The notes below the pieces were generated by a model. It made no database searches. It saw only the letters and a list, made by a program, of their open reading frames with translations, and had not been told where the DNA came from. A stretch of 61,043 nt of DNA from Clostridiales bacterium UBA1740 (lineage in GTDB: Bacteria > Bacillota > Clostridia > Oscillospirales > CAG-272), in contig DCHY01000033.1 of the NCBI GenBank assembly GCA_002315715.1, positions 1 to 61,043 of the forward strand. The letters run 5' to 3'. Shown piece after piece: positions 30,285 through 38,291 of the stretch; position 1 is the stretch's first letter; each line of letters opens with the position of its first letter. Position numbers and translations under genes: made by a program.

Positions 30285-31523
30285 ATGAACTTTTTTGAAA
30301 CATTGTCCGAATACGACAAAGAGGTCGCAGACGCCTGCCAAAAAGAGCTCGAAAGACAGCGCCATAACGTCGAACTCATCGCTTCCGAAAATATCGTTTC
30401 CACCGCCGTGCTTTTGGCGGCGGGAACCCCCCTTACCAATAAATACGCCGAGGGCTTTCCCGGCCACCGCTATTACGGCGGTTGCCAATACGTCGATATC
30501 GTGGAAGATATCGCAAGAGAAAGAGCCAAAAAACTCTTCGGTGCCGAACACGCCAACGTCCAACCGCATAGCGGCGCCTCTGCCAATCTTGCCGTGTTCT
30601 TTGCACTTCTTCAGCCCGGCGACACCGTCATGGGCTTGAACTTGGCACACGGCGGACACCTTTCCCACGGTTCTCCCGTCAACATTTCCGGCAAGTATTT
30701 TCACGTCGTTCCGTACAGCTTGCGTGACGACACCGAAATGCTCGACTACGACGATATTTTGGCAAAAGCAAAAGAATGCAAACCGAAACTCATCGTCGCC
30801 GGTGCCAGTGCCTATTCCCGCATTATCGATTTCAAAAAAATGCGTGAGATTGCCGATGCCGTCGGCGCATACTTGATGGTGGATATGGCGCACATCGCCG
30901 GACTCGTCGCCGCCGGGCTTCATCCTTCCCCCGTTCCGTACGCCGACGTCGTCACCACCACGACTCACAAAACCCTCCGCGGACCCCGCGGCGGACTCAT
31001 TCTTTGTAAAGAATCGTTGGCAAAAACCATTGATAAAGCCATTTTTCCGGGTACGCAGGGCGGTCCTTTGGAACATATCATTGCGGCAAAAGCCGTTGCC
31101 TTCGGCGAAGCGCTGAAGCCCGAGTTTAAGGAATATCAGTGTCAGATCGTCAAAAATGCCAAAGCCCTTTGCGAAGCCCTCAAAGCGGAAGGCTTCCGCA
31201 TCGTCGCCGACGATACGGATAACCACTTGATGCTCATCGACCTTCGTCCTTTCCACATCTCCGGCAAGGAAATGGAGACGCGTCTTGACGAGGTGCATAT
31301 CACCGTCAATAAAAACGCTATCCCCAACGACCCCGAGAAACCCACCGTCACGAGCGGTATCCGCGTCGGTACGCCTGCCGTCACGACCCGCGGTTTCAAG
31401 GAAGAAGATATGAAGACCATCGCCGGCTGGATGAGAGACGTCGCCGTCGATTTTGAAAACAACAAAGAGCGTATCACAAAGGAAGTTATCGCCCTTTGCG
31501 ATAAATACCCGATTTACAGTTAA
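30285..31523 (+). CDS. glyA: serine hydroxymethyltransferase
   Basis: [10 protein letters not shown] ... [13 protein letters not shown] ... [14 protein letters not shown]. Confidence 0.95.
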   Translation: MNFFETLSEYDKEVADACQKELERQRHNVELIASENIVSTAVLLAAGTPLTNKYAEGFPGHRYYGGCQYVDIVEDIARERAKKLFGAEHANVQPHSGASANLAVFFALLQPGDTVMGLNLAHGGHLSHGSPVNISGKYFHVVPYSLRDDTEMLDYDDILAKAKECKPKLIVAGASAYSRIIDFKKMREIADAVGAYLMVDMAHIAGLVAAGLHPSPVPYADVVTTTTHKTLRGPRGGLILCKESLAKTIDKAIFPGTQGGPLEHIIAAKAVAFGEALKPEFKEYQCQIVKNAKALCEALKAEGFRIVADDTDNHLMLIDLRPFHISGKEMETRLDEVHITVNKNAIPNDPEKPTVTSGIRVGTPAVTTRGFKEEDMKTIAGWMRDVAVDFENNKERITKEVIALCDKYPIYS

Positions 31524-31533
31524 CGGAGAAAAA

Positions 31534-32214
31534 ATGGAAGATTTTGAACGCTACGGCGACGATAACGCCATCGACGAAGAATCGACAGAGCATAAAAAAA
31601 AGATACGCCCCCTGCGCATCCTCCTCGGACTTTTCCTCGCCGTTTTCATCCTCTTTTTCGCCCTTCGTCTGTTTCTTTTCGATTATTATCCGAAAACTAT
31701 GAAAGAACTTGCCATGACGCCTTCGCTGTCTGCGGCGGTCGAAAACGGAGCCGAAGTTTATTCCCAAGACCTTCGCTTCCCGTATGACGACAACGATCTT
31801 GACACCCTAAACAGCAACGACCTCGGCAGTTTCTTTTGCGATTATCTCTACGTTTGCCCCGAAGCCGGGGAACTGCAAATTACCCTGCGCATGAACGAGT
31901 CGACCTTCGACCGCGTTGCCGAAAAATACGGCAAAACGGTGTCGGTGGATTGTGACCTTTCGGCGTTCTCTTTTCGGCTTTATGACGACGACGGCAACGA
32001 ATACGAAACCGTCACCTATCGCGAGGAAACTTCGTTTTGGATGTACCGCTACGTCAAACTCGCCTTTTCGGGAGTCCCCCTCACCGACGACATCCGCCCT
32101 TCTTGGATTCGCGTTGAGATTTTCTACGAAGGGGAAGAAACGCCTTATTCTTACGCTCTGATTTACGAAACCGGGGACAATCACCCCACATTCCAATCCG
32201 TGAAAGTGAAATAA
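31534..32214 (+). CDS. hypothetical single-pass membrane protein with an extracytoplasmic domain
   Basis: Internal ATG at 31534 (MEDFERYG...), 10 nt after the glyA stop, with a GGAGAA SD. One TM segment (LRILLGLFLAVFILFFALRLFLF). Confidence 0.6.
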   Translation: MEDFERYGDDNAIDEESTEHKKKIRPLRILLGLFLAVFILFFALRLFLFDYYPKTMKELAMTPSLSAAVENGAEVYSQDLRFPYDDNDLDTLNSNDLGSFFCDYLYVCPEAGELQITLRMNESTFDRVAEKYGKTVSVDCDLSAFSFRLYDDDGNEYETVTYREETSFWMYRYVKLAFSGVPLTDDIRPSWIRVEIFYEGEETPYSYALIYETGDNHPTFQSVKVK

Positions 32215-32215
32215 C

Positions 32216-32746
32216 ATGGTAGAATATTCCGTCCAAGTCAAACCGCAAAACCGAAACGCCGTTTATCTCTGTCTCGGCGTCACGGTGCTTGCCGCGGTCG
32301 CGTTTTATATCTCCACCCGTCTTGAGGTATATAGGGGCATTTTTCAATTTTTGGCGCTCTTGCTTTTGACCACCACGGTATTGATTTATACCCAATACGT
32401 GACGGCGGTTTATCTTTTCGACGTCTTCGAGACGGACGACGGCACGCCGCTTTTCACCGTCCGCCGCTTGATCGGCAAACGCACGACCACCCTCGCCCGT
32501 TTTTCTCTCTACGAGATTTTCGACGTGCAAAAAACACAGCCGAAAGACAGAATGAAAAACAAGCGCGAAAAGGGAAGATTAAAATACGTCTACGCGGCTT
32601 CGCTCTTTGCCGATGCTCTTTACAGGATTCAAATAGACGGCACCGAGAAAGCCGACGTGTATATCGAACTCAACGAGGAAGGCGAGAAAAACCTTCTCCC
32701 GATTCTCGAAGGGTTTCAAAACAAACCGAAAAAAGACGAAATCTAA
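32216..32746 (+). CDS. hypothetical two-TM membrane protein
   Basis: The ATG is 1 nt after the previous stop. Two hydrophobic helices are followed by a basic soluble domain, and a terminator follows. Confidence 0.6.
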   Translation: MVEYSVQVKPQNRNAVYLCLGVTVLAAVAFYISTRLEVYRGIFQFLALLLLTTTVLIYTQYVTAVYLFDVFETDDGTPLFTVRRLIGKRTTTLARFSLYEIFDVQKTQPKDRMKNKREKGRLKYVYAASLFADALYRIQIDGTEKADVYIELNEEGEKNLLPILEGFQNKPKKDEI

Positions 32747-32747
32747 C

Positions 32748-32781
32748 AAAAAAAGCATCCGAAAAAATCGGATGCTTTTTT
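32748..32781. terminator. bidirectional rho-independent terminator
   Basis: AGCATCCGA-A5-TCGGATGCT hairpin flanked by an A-run and a T-run, between convergent genes. Confidence 0.8.
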
Positions 32782-32795
32782 ATGTATTGTCAAAA

Positions 32796-34037
32796 TCAAA
32801 CGGATTTTTCGTTTTCCGGTTCTTCGATTTCCACTTCGTTTATCGGCTCGGTCAACTCGTTGACTTCTTGATATGCGTTTTCCTGATCTTTGACTACTTC
32901 ATCAATTCTGAGTTGTTCTGACAGCAGCGCATCTTCGTTGATCGGCTCCGGTACGTTCTTGTTCGTCGCTTGCTCGTTGAGTTCTTCTACCGTCTTTCCT
33001 TCTTTCAGCGACTTTTCGAGAAGCTGGATTCTTATCGTATTGGCTTGTTCTTTCGTCCAGATTTCTATAAAGTTGGTTTTGGCTTGCTTGAAATCTGCGA
33101 TTTTTCGGCGGATGTCGGTATCCTTTCCCGCATTCTTTTCTTGATCTTCAAACCATTTGTCATATCCCTTTTGTTTGTCTGCTTGGGGAAGTTTTTTCCA
33201 TGCTTCGCGGTCCGGAACAGTCTTGTAGAACTCTGACTTCAACGCCTTGTATGTTTTATTCAATTTCGTCTGTGCATCATATCTATCCTTTTGCCTTTGC
33301 TGGATCTCCTCGATTTCCTTTTTTGCGCCCGTGATGTTTTTCTCAATAAATTCCTCGTATTGCCGTTCGAGCTCTTCGTTGGGATTGGCGTACGCTTCGA
33401 CTTGATTTATTATTTTCTCAACGGAACGTTTGATATTCGGAGAATTGATATCACGGTTGTAGTCGTTAAACATGATACCATGCCTGTTTACCAAGAGATC
33501 TCTCAGTTCCGCTTCCTGTTGCACCATCCTATTGTAGCTCTTACGGTACCACCATTGCATGAAACCGTTGCGCTTTTCATATTCCGCCAATTTCTGATTC
33601 AGGGTTCTCATCAGACAAATGTTGTCGAGCAACTGGTTGCGATCAATTTTCACGGAGAAATTCTCGACCCATTTTTGTACGGTCGGGTTGTTTTTGAATT
33701 GTCCGGTTGCCAAACTCCTGAGAGATTCCGGCATCTTACTGGTTCGATCGTCCATTCCGTCAATGCTATTTTTGTTGATGACGACACGTAGTTCTTTGGT
33801 GCTGGCATACCAAAAGTCTCTGGCTTTGCTTGCCAAAGCGGAATAACTGAGTTTCTTCCATTCGGCGTCTCTGCTTTTGATGATGCTGAAACAGTCGTTG
33901 TAACGTTGTTCCGGAGTCAGTTGTCTATTGCGAGTGCGGACGGAACGGTCGATATTGTTCCAATCGATAGTCTGGGGCTCGTCATTGCTTTGACGTTTAC
34001 GCTTGGGTTGCGGTTGTTTTGCATCTTTTTTCGGCAT
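32796..34037 (-). CDS. hypothetical Lys/Glu/Gln-rich protein (413 aa), low-GC ORFan
   Basis: Uninterrupted ORF with its own strong promoter and terminator. It starts MPKKDAKQPQPKRKRQ, has no TM segment or signal peptide, and has no motif I recognise. GC is clearly below the flanks by hand count. Confidence 0.7.
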   Translation of the reverse strand: MPKKDAKQPQPKRKRQSNDEPQTIDWNNIDRSVRTRNRQLTPEQRYNDCFSIIKSRDAEWKKLSYSALASKARDFWYASTKELRVVINKNSIDGMDDRTSKMPESLRSLATGQFKNNPTVQKWVENFSVKIDRNQLLDNICLMRTLNQKLAEYEKRNGFMQWWYRKSYNRMVQQEAELRDLLVNRHGIMFNDYNRDINSPNIKRSVEKIINQVEAYANPNEELERQYEEFIEKNITGAKKEIEEIQQRQKDRYDAQTKLNKTYKALKSEFYKTVPDREAWKKLPQADKQKGYDKWFEDQEKNAGKDTDIRRKIADFKQAKTNFIEIWTKEQANTIRIQLLEKSLKEGKTVEELNEQATNKNVPEPINEDALLSEQLRIDEVVKDQENAYQEVNELTEPINEVEIEEPENEKSV

Positions 34038-34069
34038 AGTAAAAACCTACCTATCTTTTATTTCTTTTC

Positions 34070-34098
34070 CATTATAACATAAAATTTTGCGTATTACA
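34070..34098 (-). promoter_or_regulatory. sigma-A type promoter (extended -10) of the 413-aa ORFan
   Basis: On the minus strand: TTGTAA (34098-34093), 17-nt spacer ending in TGT, TATAAT (34075-34070). Confidence 0.55.
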
Positions 34099-34127
34099 AA
34101 TATATTACAGAAAATTCGGAAAATCGT

Positions 34128-36320
34128 CTACGGACAAAATCTTTTGATGGACAGCGCGTTTGTCACCACCGTCAGGGAGGAGCACGCCATGGCAGCGGCG
34201 GCGATCATGGGGGTGACACTTCCGCCGAGCGGGAGAAACACTCCGGCGGCGAGAGGGATACAAATGACGTTGTAAACGAGCGCAAAAAACAGATTTTGTT
34301 TGATTTTCTTCATCGTCAAGCGTCCGAGTTTCAAAAGCGAGACGACGTGCGTCGGCTTGTCAAACCGCAAAACCGCCCCGGCGCTTTCAAGGGCAATATC
34401 CGTCCCGGCGCCCATGGCGATTCCGACGTCGGCGGCAAAAAGAGCAGGGGCATCGTTGATGCCGTCTCCCACCATGGCGATGTGGGCTTTTTCTCTTTCC
34501 TCCGTTATGACCTTTCCTTTTTCGTCGGGGAGCAGCGGCGCAAACACGCGCTCTATGCCGACTTCTTCGGCGACGGCGTTGGCAACGGCTTGGCAATCTC
34601 CCGACAAAAGCCGGGACGCAATGCCCATGTCTTTCAGTTGCGATACGGCCTCTTTTGCGTCTTCTTTGAGGGTGTCAAAAACCGTGATAGCACCGAGAAG
34701 GCCCTCTTGCGAAGCCAAAAAAAGAACCCCGCATCCGCGCGCGTTTGCCGCCGCAAGAAAAGCATCTGCCTTGTCGATTTCGACTTCGCAATCTTCCATC
34801 AAGGACAGATTGCCTATCATATATCGCCCGTTTTCGCTTTTGCCGAACAATCCTTTGCCGGGGATGGTTTTGAAATCTTGCAGCGTCGGAAGCGGCAACC
34901 CTTTCGCCGCTTCTTTGACGGCGTTGGCAATGGGATGGCAGGATGACGCCTCGAGTGCCGCAGCGAGGGAGAGGACGCTTTCTTTGTCGGCGTCGGCTGT
35001 CCATACGTCAACGACCTGCAACGCGCCCTTCGTGAGGGTTCCGGTTTTGTCAAACGCCACCGTCTTGATTCTTCCGAGATTTTCCATCGTCTCGGCGTCT
35101 TTGACGAGTATGCCGACTTCGGCACCGCGCCCCATGGCGACGGTCATCGCCGTCGGGGTGGCAAGTCCCAACGCACAGGGACAGGAGATGACGAGGACGC
35201 TGACCGCGCGTTCAATCGCCGCTCCGACGCCTTGCCCCGTCAAAAGAAAAATCAAAAACGTCAAAAGAGAAACGCCCATGACAGAGGGAACGAAATACAA
35301 GCTGACTCGGTCGGCAAGTCTGCCGATCGGTGCTTTGCTCGCCGATGCCTCGGATACCATGCGCACGGTGGCGGATAGGGCGGTATCTTCGCCGACGGCA
35401 ACGGGTTTCGCTTCGGCAAAACCGTCGGTCACGACGGTGCCCGACAAAATCTTGTCACCGACCGCCTTTTCTTGCGGCAGGCTTTCTCCCGTGAGGGCGG
35501 CTTCGTCCACCGTCAAATGCCCCGCTTTGATTTCACAGTCGGCGGGGATTCTGTCGCCTACTTTGAGAAGCACGGTGTCTTCCGTTGTGAGGAAAGAGAG
35601 CGGGACTTCCGCTTCGCTTTCACCCCGTTTCACCGTCACGGTATCGGGGACGAGTTTCGAGAGTTTGGCAATGGCTCCGACGGTACGGTCCTTGGCGCCG
35701 CCCTCCAGGGTTTTGCCGAGGGTGACGAGGGATAAAATCATCGCCGAAGCGGAAAAATCGGCTTTGGTCACGGACACCGTCCCGGGGGAAAACAGCGTCA
35801 CGAAAAGAATGCCGAAGGCGTAAAGGAGCGATGCGCCGGCACCGACGGCAATCAGCGAGTCCATGTTGGGACGCAAAGACAAAAGTGAGCGAAGCCCACC
35901 CGTAAAATAGCGGTAATTGATAGCGGCAACGGCTATCGCAAAAGGCACTTGGCAAAGGAGCCAAGCGAGCGGATTTTCGTCGGGACAGAGAAAGGACGGC
36001 ATGTCGAAAACCGTATGTCCCATGGACAAAACCATGAGAAGGACGGCAAAAAGCAAAGAATAAAAAAGCGGTTTTTTTGACGTCTTTTCGGCTTTTTCAA
36101 GAGATAAAACCGCCGTGCCGCTCACGGCTTTTGCCGTATAACCGGCGCGCCTGACGGCGGCTTCGACCGCCTCGGGCGTGATTTCGCCCTCCACGCGCAT
36201 GGCGCTTGTCAAAAGGCTGACGCTGACCGACTGAACGCCCTCGACTTTGGAAACGGCGTTTTCCACGTGGGAGGCACAGGCGGCGCACATCATACCGTAT
36301 ACTTTGAAATTTTGAATCAT
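34128..36320 (-). CDS. copA: copper-translocating P1B-type ATPase
   Basis: N-terminal HMA GMMCAACASHVE, TM CPC motif SCPCALGLATP, DKTGTLT phosphorylation site, GDGINDAP, and YN...P plus M..SS motifs of Cu(I) pumps. Confidence 0.93.
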   Translation of the reverse strand: MIQNFKVYGMMCAACASHVENAVSKVEGVQSVSVSLLTSAMRVEGEITPEAVEAAVRRAGYTAKAVSGTAVLSLEKAEKTSKKPLFYSLLFAVLLMVLSMGHTVFDMPSFLCPDENPLAWLLCQVPFAIAVAAINYRYFTGGLRSLLSLRPNMDSLIAVGAGASLLYAFGILFVTLFSPGTVSVTKADFSASAMILSLVTLGKTLEGGAKDRTVGAIAKLSKLVPDTVTVKRGESEAEVPLSFLTTEDTVLLKVGDRIPADCEIKAGHLTVDEAALTGESLPQEKAVGDKILSGTVVTDGFAEAKPVAVGEDTALSATVRMVSEASASKAPIGRLADRVSLYFVPSVMGVSLLTFLIFLLTGQGVGAAIERAVSVLVISCPCALGLATPTAMTVAMGRGAEVGILVKDAETMENLGRIKTVAFDKTGTLTKGALQVVDVWTADADKESVLSLAAALEASSCHPIANAVKEAAKGLPLPTLQDFKTIPGKGLFGKSENGRYMIGNLSLMEDCEVEIDKADAFLAAANARGCGVLFLASQEGLLGAITVFDTLKEDAKEAVSQLKDMGIASRLLSGDCQAVANAVAEEVGIERVFAPLLPDEKGKVITEEREKAHIAMVGDGINDAPALFAADVGIAMGAGTDIALESAGAVLRFDKPTHVVSLLKLGRLTMKKIKQNLFFALVYNVICIPLAAGVFLPLGGSVTPMIAAAAMACSSLTVVTNALSIKRFCP

Positions 36321-37372
36321 GATTTCTCCTCGAAAGAAGCGGCAAAGGTTCTAAGACTCTCTTGCGTCAGGAGGTTTTCAAAATCTTCGAATTTGCCCGT
36401 TGCTTTTTCTCCCGTATGGGTTTTGTCGGCGTTTTCGTAAGCCCAAAGTTCCTCAAAACGGAAAGCGCGCAAACGCGAGAGAATAAAACCTTCAATCCAG
36501 TACGAAAATTCCGTTTTCGGATGATAGCATTCGCATTTTTTCATGCGTCCATACATCGGAAGACCGTCCGAGGCATCGCGCCAAGTATCGACGAAAGCGT
36601 AGTCAAAGGATTCTTCCTTCATCGGTCCTTCGGCATAGGCAAAGGCGTCGGCTTCGATGACGCGGATTTTTTCTTTGCTTGGGAATTGCGGCAACAAAAC
36701 GCGCTTGAAAAGACGAATGACGTCGGGGCTTTTTTCGACCACCGTCACGGATTTGACGTTCGGCTTTTGCGCCACCATAAAGGCGTAATAGCCAAGCCCA
36801 AGCCCAAAGGTGATGACGTTCCCGTGCGCCGCTTCAATGGCAAAGTCACAGGTATCGGTGTCGACCGGGGAAAGGGTCATCCATTCGTTGCCGTCCTCGA
36901 GAACGGCAGGGAAGGAAAAGGGCTTCGTAAAAAAGCCGAGCGGCGGGATTTCGCGCCCGTCGGTTTCTCTTTTCATATCGTCGCAAATCATGCCGCGAAA
37001 AGCGGGATACGTCTCCATTTTGCAGGTCCAGTTTCCCTGCTTTTCAAAGTCGATTTTGACGGTTTTTCGGTAGAGATTGTTTTCGTATTTGGAAGCGTCA
37101 AGGATGCGTACCGACGGCAAAAGATAGTCGCGGGCGAGGCATCGGTCGTCGTGATTTTTGTCTTCCTCAAGGCCGAAAAGTGCCGTCAAAAGCGCCCCTA
37201 CGGCTTCGTCGGTGCGAAAACCGGCATCGGTCAGTGCCAAGACGGCATCCGCCGAAATCGCCTCCGGCGCATCGTTTAAGTATTTGGCAATCATATGACT
37301 GACGCGATAGTTCATGTCGAACGTCTTGCGCAGCCTTTTGCACTTTTCAAAATCTTTTATCGTCAGCGTCAT
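36317..37372 (-). CDS. spermidine-synthase-like / class I SAM-dependent methyltransferase-fold protein (351 aa)
   Basis: VITFGLGLGYYAFMVAQ ... VTVVEKSPDVI ... VIEADAFAY ... FDYAFVDTW resembles the Rossmann GxGxG, acidic beta2 end and D/E motifs. The stop overlaps the copA ATG (ATGA). Confidence 0.65.
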   Translation of the reverse strand: MTLTIKDFEKCKRLRKTFDMNYRVSHMIAKYLNDAPEAISADAVLALTDAGFRTDEAVGALLTALFGLEEDKNHDDRCLARDYLLPSVRILDASKYENNLYRKTVKIDFEKQGNWTCKMETYPAFRGMICDDMKRETDGREIPPLGFFTKPFSFPAVLEDGNEWMTLSPVDTDTCDFAIEAAHGNVITFGLGLGYYAFMVAQKPNVKSVTVVEKSPDVIRLFKRVLLPQFPSKEKIRVIEADAFAYAEGPMKEESFDYAFVDTWRDASDGLPMYGRMKKCECYHPKTEFSYWIEGFILSRLRAFRFEELWAYENADKTHTGEKATGKFEDFENLLTQESLRTFAASFEEKS

Positions 37373-37396
37373 AGTGTGACCTCTTCTTTCTTCTCC

Positions 37397-37425
37397 ATTT
37401 TATCCTTTTTGCCCCGTGAAGTCAA
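37397..37425 (-). promoter_or_regulatory. sigma-A type promoter of the MTase-like/copA operon
   Basis: On the minus strand: TTGACT (37425-37420), 17-nt spacer, TAAAAT (37402-37397). Confidence 0.5.
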
Positions 37426-37432
37426 GCAAAAG

Positions 37433-37466
37433 AAAAATCCGAAAGCGCGGCTTTCGGATTTTTTCG
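37433..37466 (-). terminator. rho-independent terminator after the small membrane peptide gene
   Basis: AATCCGAAAGC-GCG-GCTTTCGGATT hairpin with a T-run on the minus strand. Confidence 0.75.
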
Positions 37467-37467
37467 G

Positions 37468-37596
37468 TTATTTAGATAAGAACCAAAGAATCAAATAGAG
37501 AAGAATCAAAAGCGGGGAGGCAAACAGAAAAAGAAGGATGCCTGTCGACGCTTTATCCCAAATCTTCGCGAGTTTTGCTTTTGTTTCGGATTTCAT
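37468..37596 (-). CDS. small hydrophobic membrane peptide (42 aa), not in the supplied ORF track
   Basis: My own translation: MKSETKAKLAKIWDKASTGILLFLFASPLLILLYLILWFLSK. A GGGGGAA SD lies about 5 nt upstream, a dedicated TTGACT-17-TACAAT promoter is present, and a terminator follows immediately. Confidence 0.45.
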   Translation of the reverse strand: MKSETKAKLAKIWDKASTGILLFLFASPLLILLYLILWFLSK

Positions 37597-37626
37597 ACTG
37601 TTCCCCCGATCGGTTGATTGGACTTT

Positions 37627-37655
37627 ATTGTACCATAAAGGAAAGAAAAAGTCAA
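37627..37655 (-). promoter_or_regulatory. sigma-A type promoter (extended -10) of the small peptide gene
   Basis: On the minus strand: TTGACT (37655-37650), 17-nt spacer ending in TGG, TACAAT (37632-37627). Confidence 0.5.
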
Positions 37656-37781
37656 GTCGTTTCGGGGATTCTTCTGTTTTTTACAAAATCCGACAAGATT
37701 GTTTTCGAAAACCGGGCAATCCCTTGATTTTTTGCGCATTTCTTTATATAATAAAAAGAGATGAAGAAAGGCGGTGTCCGT

Positions 37782-38291
37782 ATGGCGCTTGAAACCGAGC
37801 GTAAATATCTTTGCAAAATGCCGGAACTTTCGGCACTTAAAAACTTGCCCTCGTTTTGCGAGAGCGATATATTGCAGGTCTATCTCCGCGTCGGTGACGT
37901 TTCTACCCACCGCATCCGCGCCCGTCAGACAAACGGCGTCACCGTCTACACCGAGACGGTCAAAAAACGCGTCAGCCATATGACCTGCCAAGAGGACGAG
38001 CACGAAATCGACGCTTTGACTTTCACTGCGCTTATGCAAAAACGCGACCCCTCCCTTTCGGTGCTCGAAAAGAAAAGAATCACGTTCGTGTATGAAGGTC
38101 AACTTTTTGAAGTCGACATCTATCCTTTTTACGATAAAATCTGCGTCGTCGAAACGGAACTCCGAAGCGAAAACGAAAGCGCTTCGTTTCCTCCCGAACT
38201 GTCCGTCATCCGCGAGGTGACGGGGGATTTTCGCTTTTCCAACGCCGCGCTCACGCGGGAAATTCCCTCCGAAGAGTCTCTTTTACCGTAA
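37782..38291 (+). CDS. CYTH (triphosphate tunnel metalloenzyme) domain protein
   Basis: N-terminal MALETERKYL carries the ExExK signature of CYTH/CyaB-ThTPase proteins. About 170 aa. An alternative ATG is at 37761. Confidence 0.7.
   Translation: MALETERKYLCKMPELSALKNLPSFCESDILQVYLRVGDVSTHRIRARQTNGVTVYTETVKKRVSHMTCQEDEHEIDALTFTALMQKRDPSLSVLEKKRITFVYEGQLFEVDIYPFYDKICVVETELRSENESASFPPELSVIREVTGDFRFSNAALTREIPSEESLLP

Noticed and set aside
34070-34100. dif-like XerCD site (TTATGTTATAA) at the point where gene orientation changes.
   Set aside because: No matching XerC arm (CATAA) occurs 6 nt away. The sequence is fully explained as the -10/-35 of the ORFan promoter.
32700-34100. Apparent switch from plus-strand to minus-strand genes as a replication-terminus signal.
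   Set aside because: Both halves contain genes on the opposite strand (rplM-rpsI and pepT on the left; uxaC through nagB, GGDEF and hpf on the right). GC skew cannot be computed reliably by eye.
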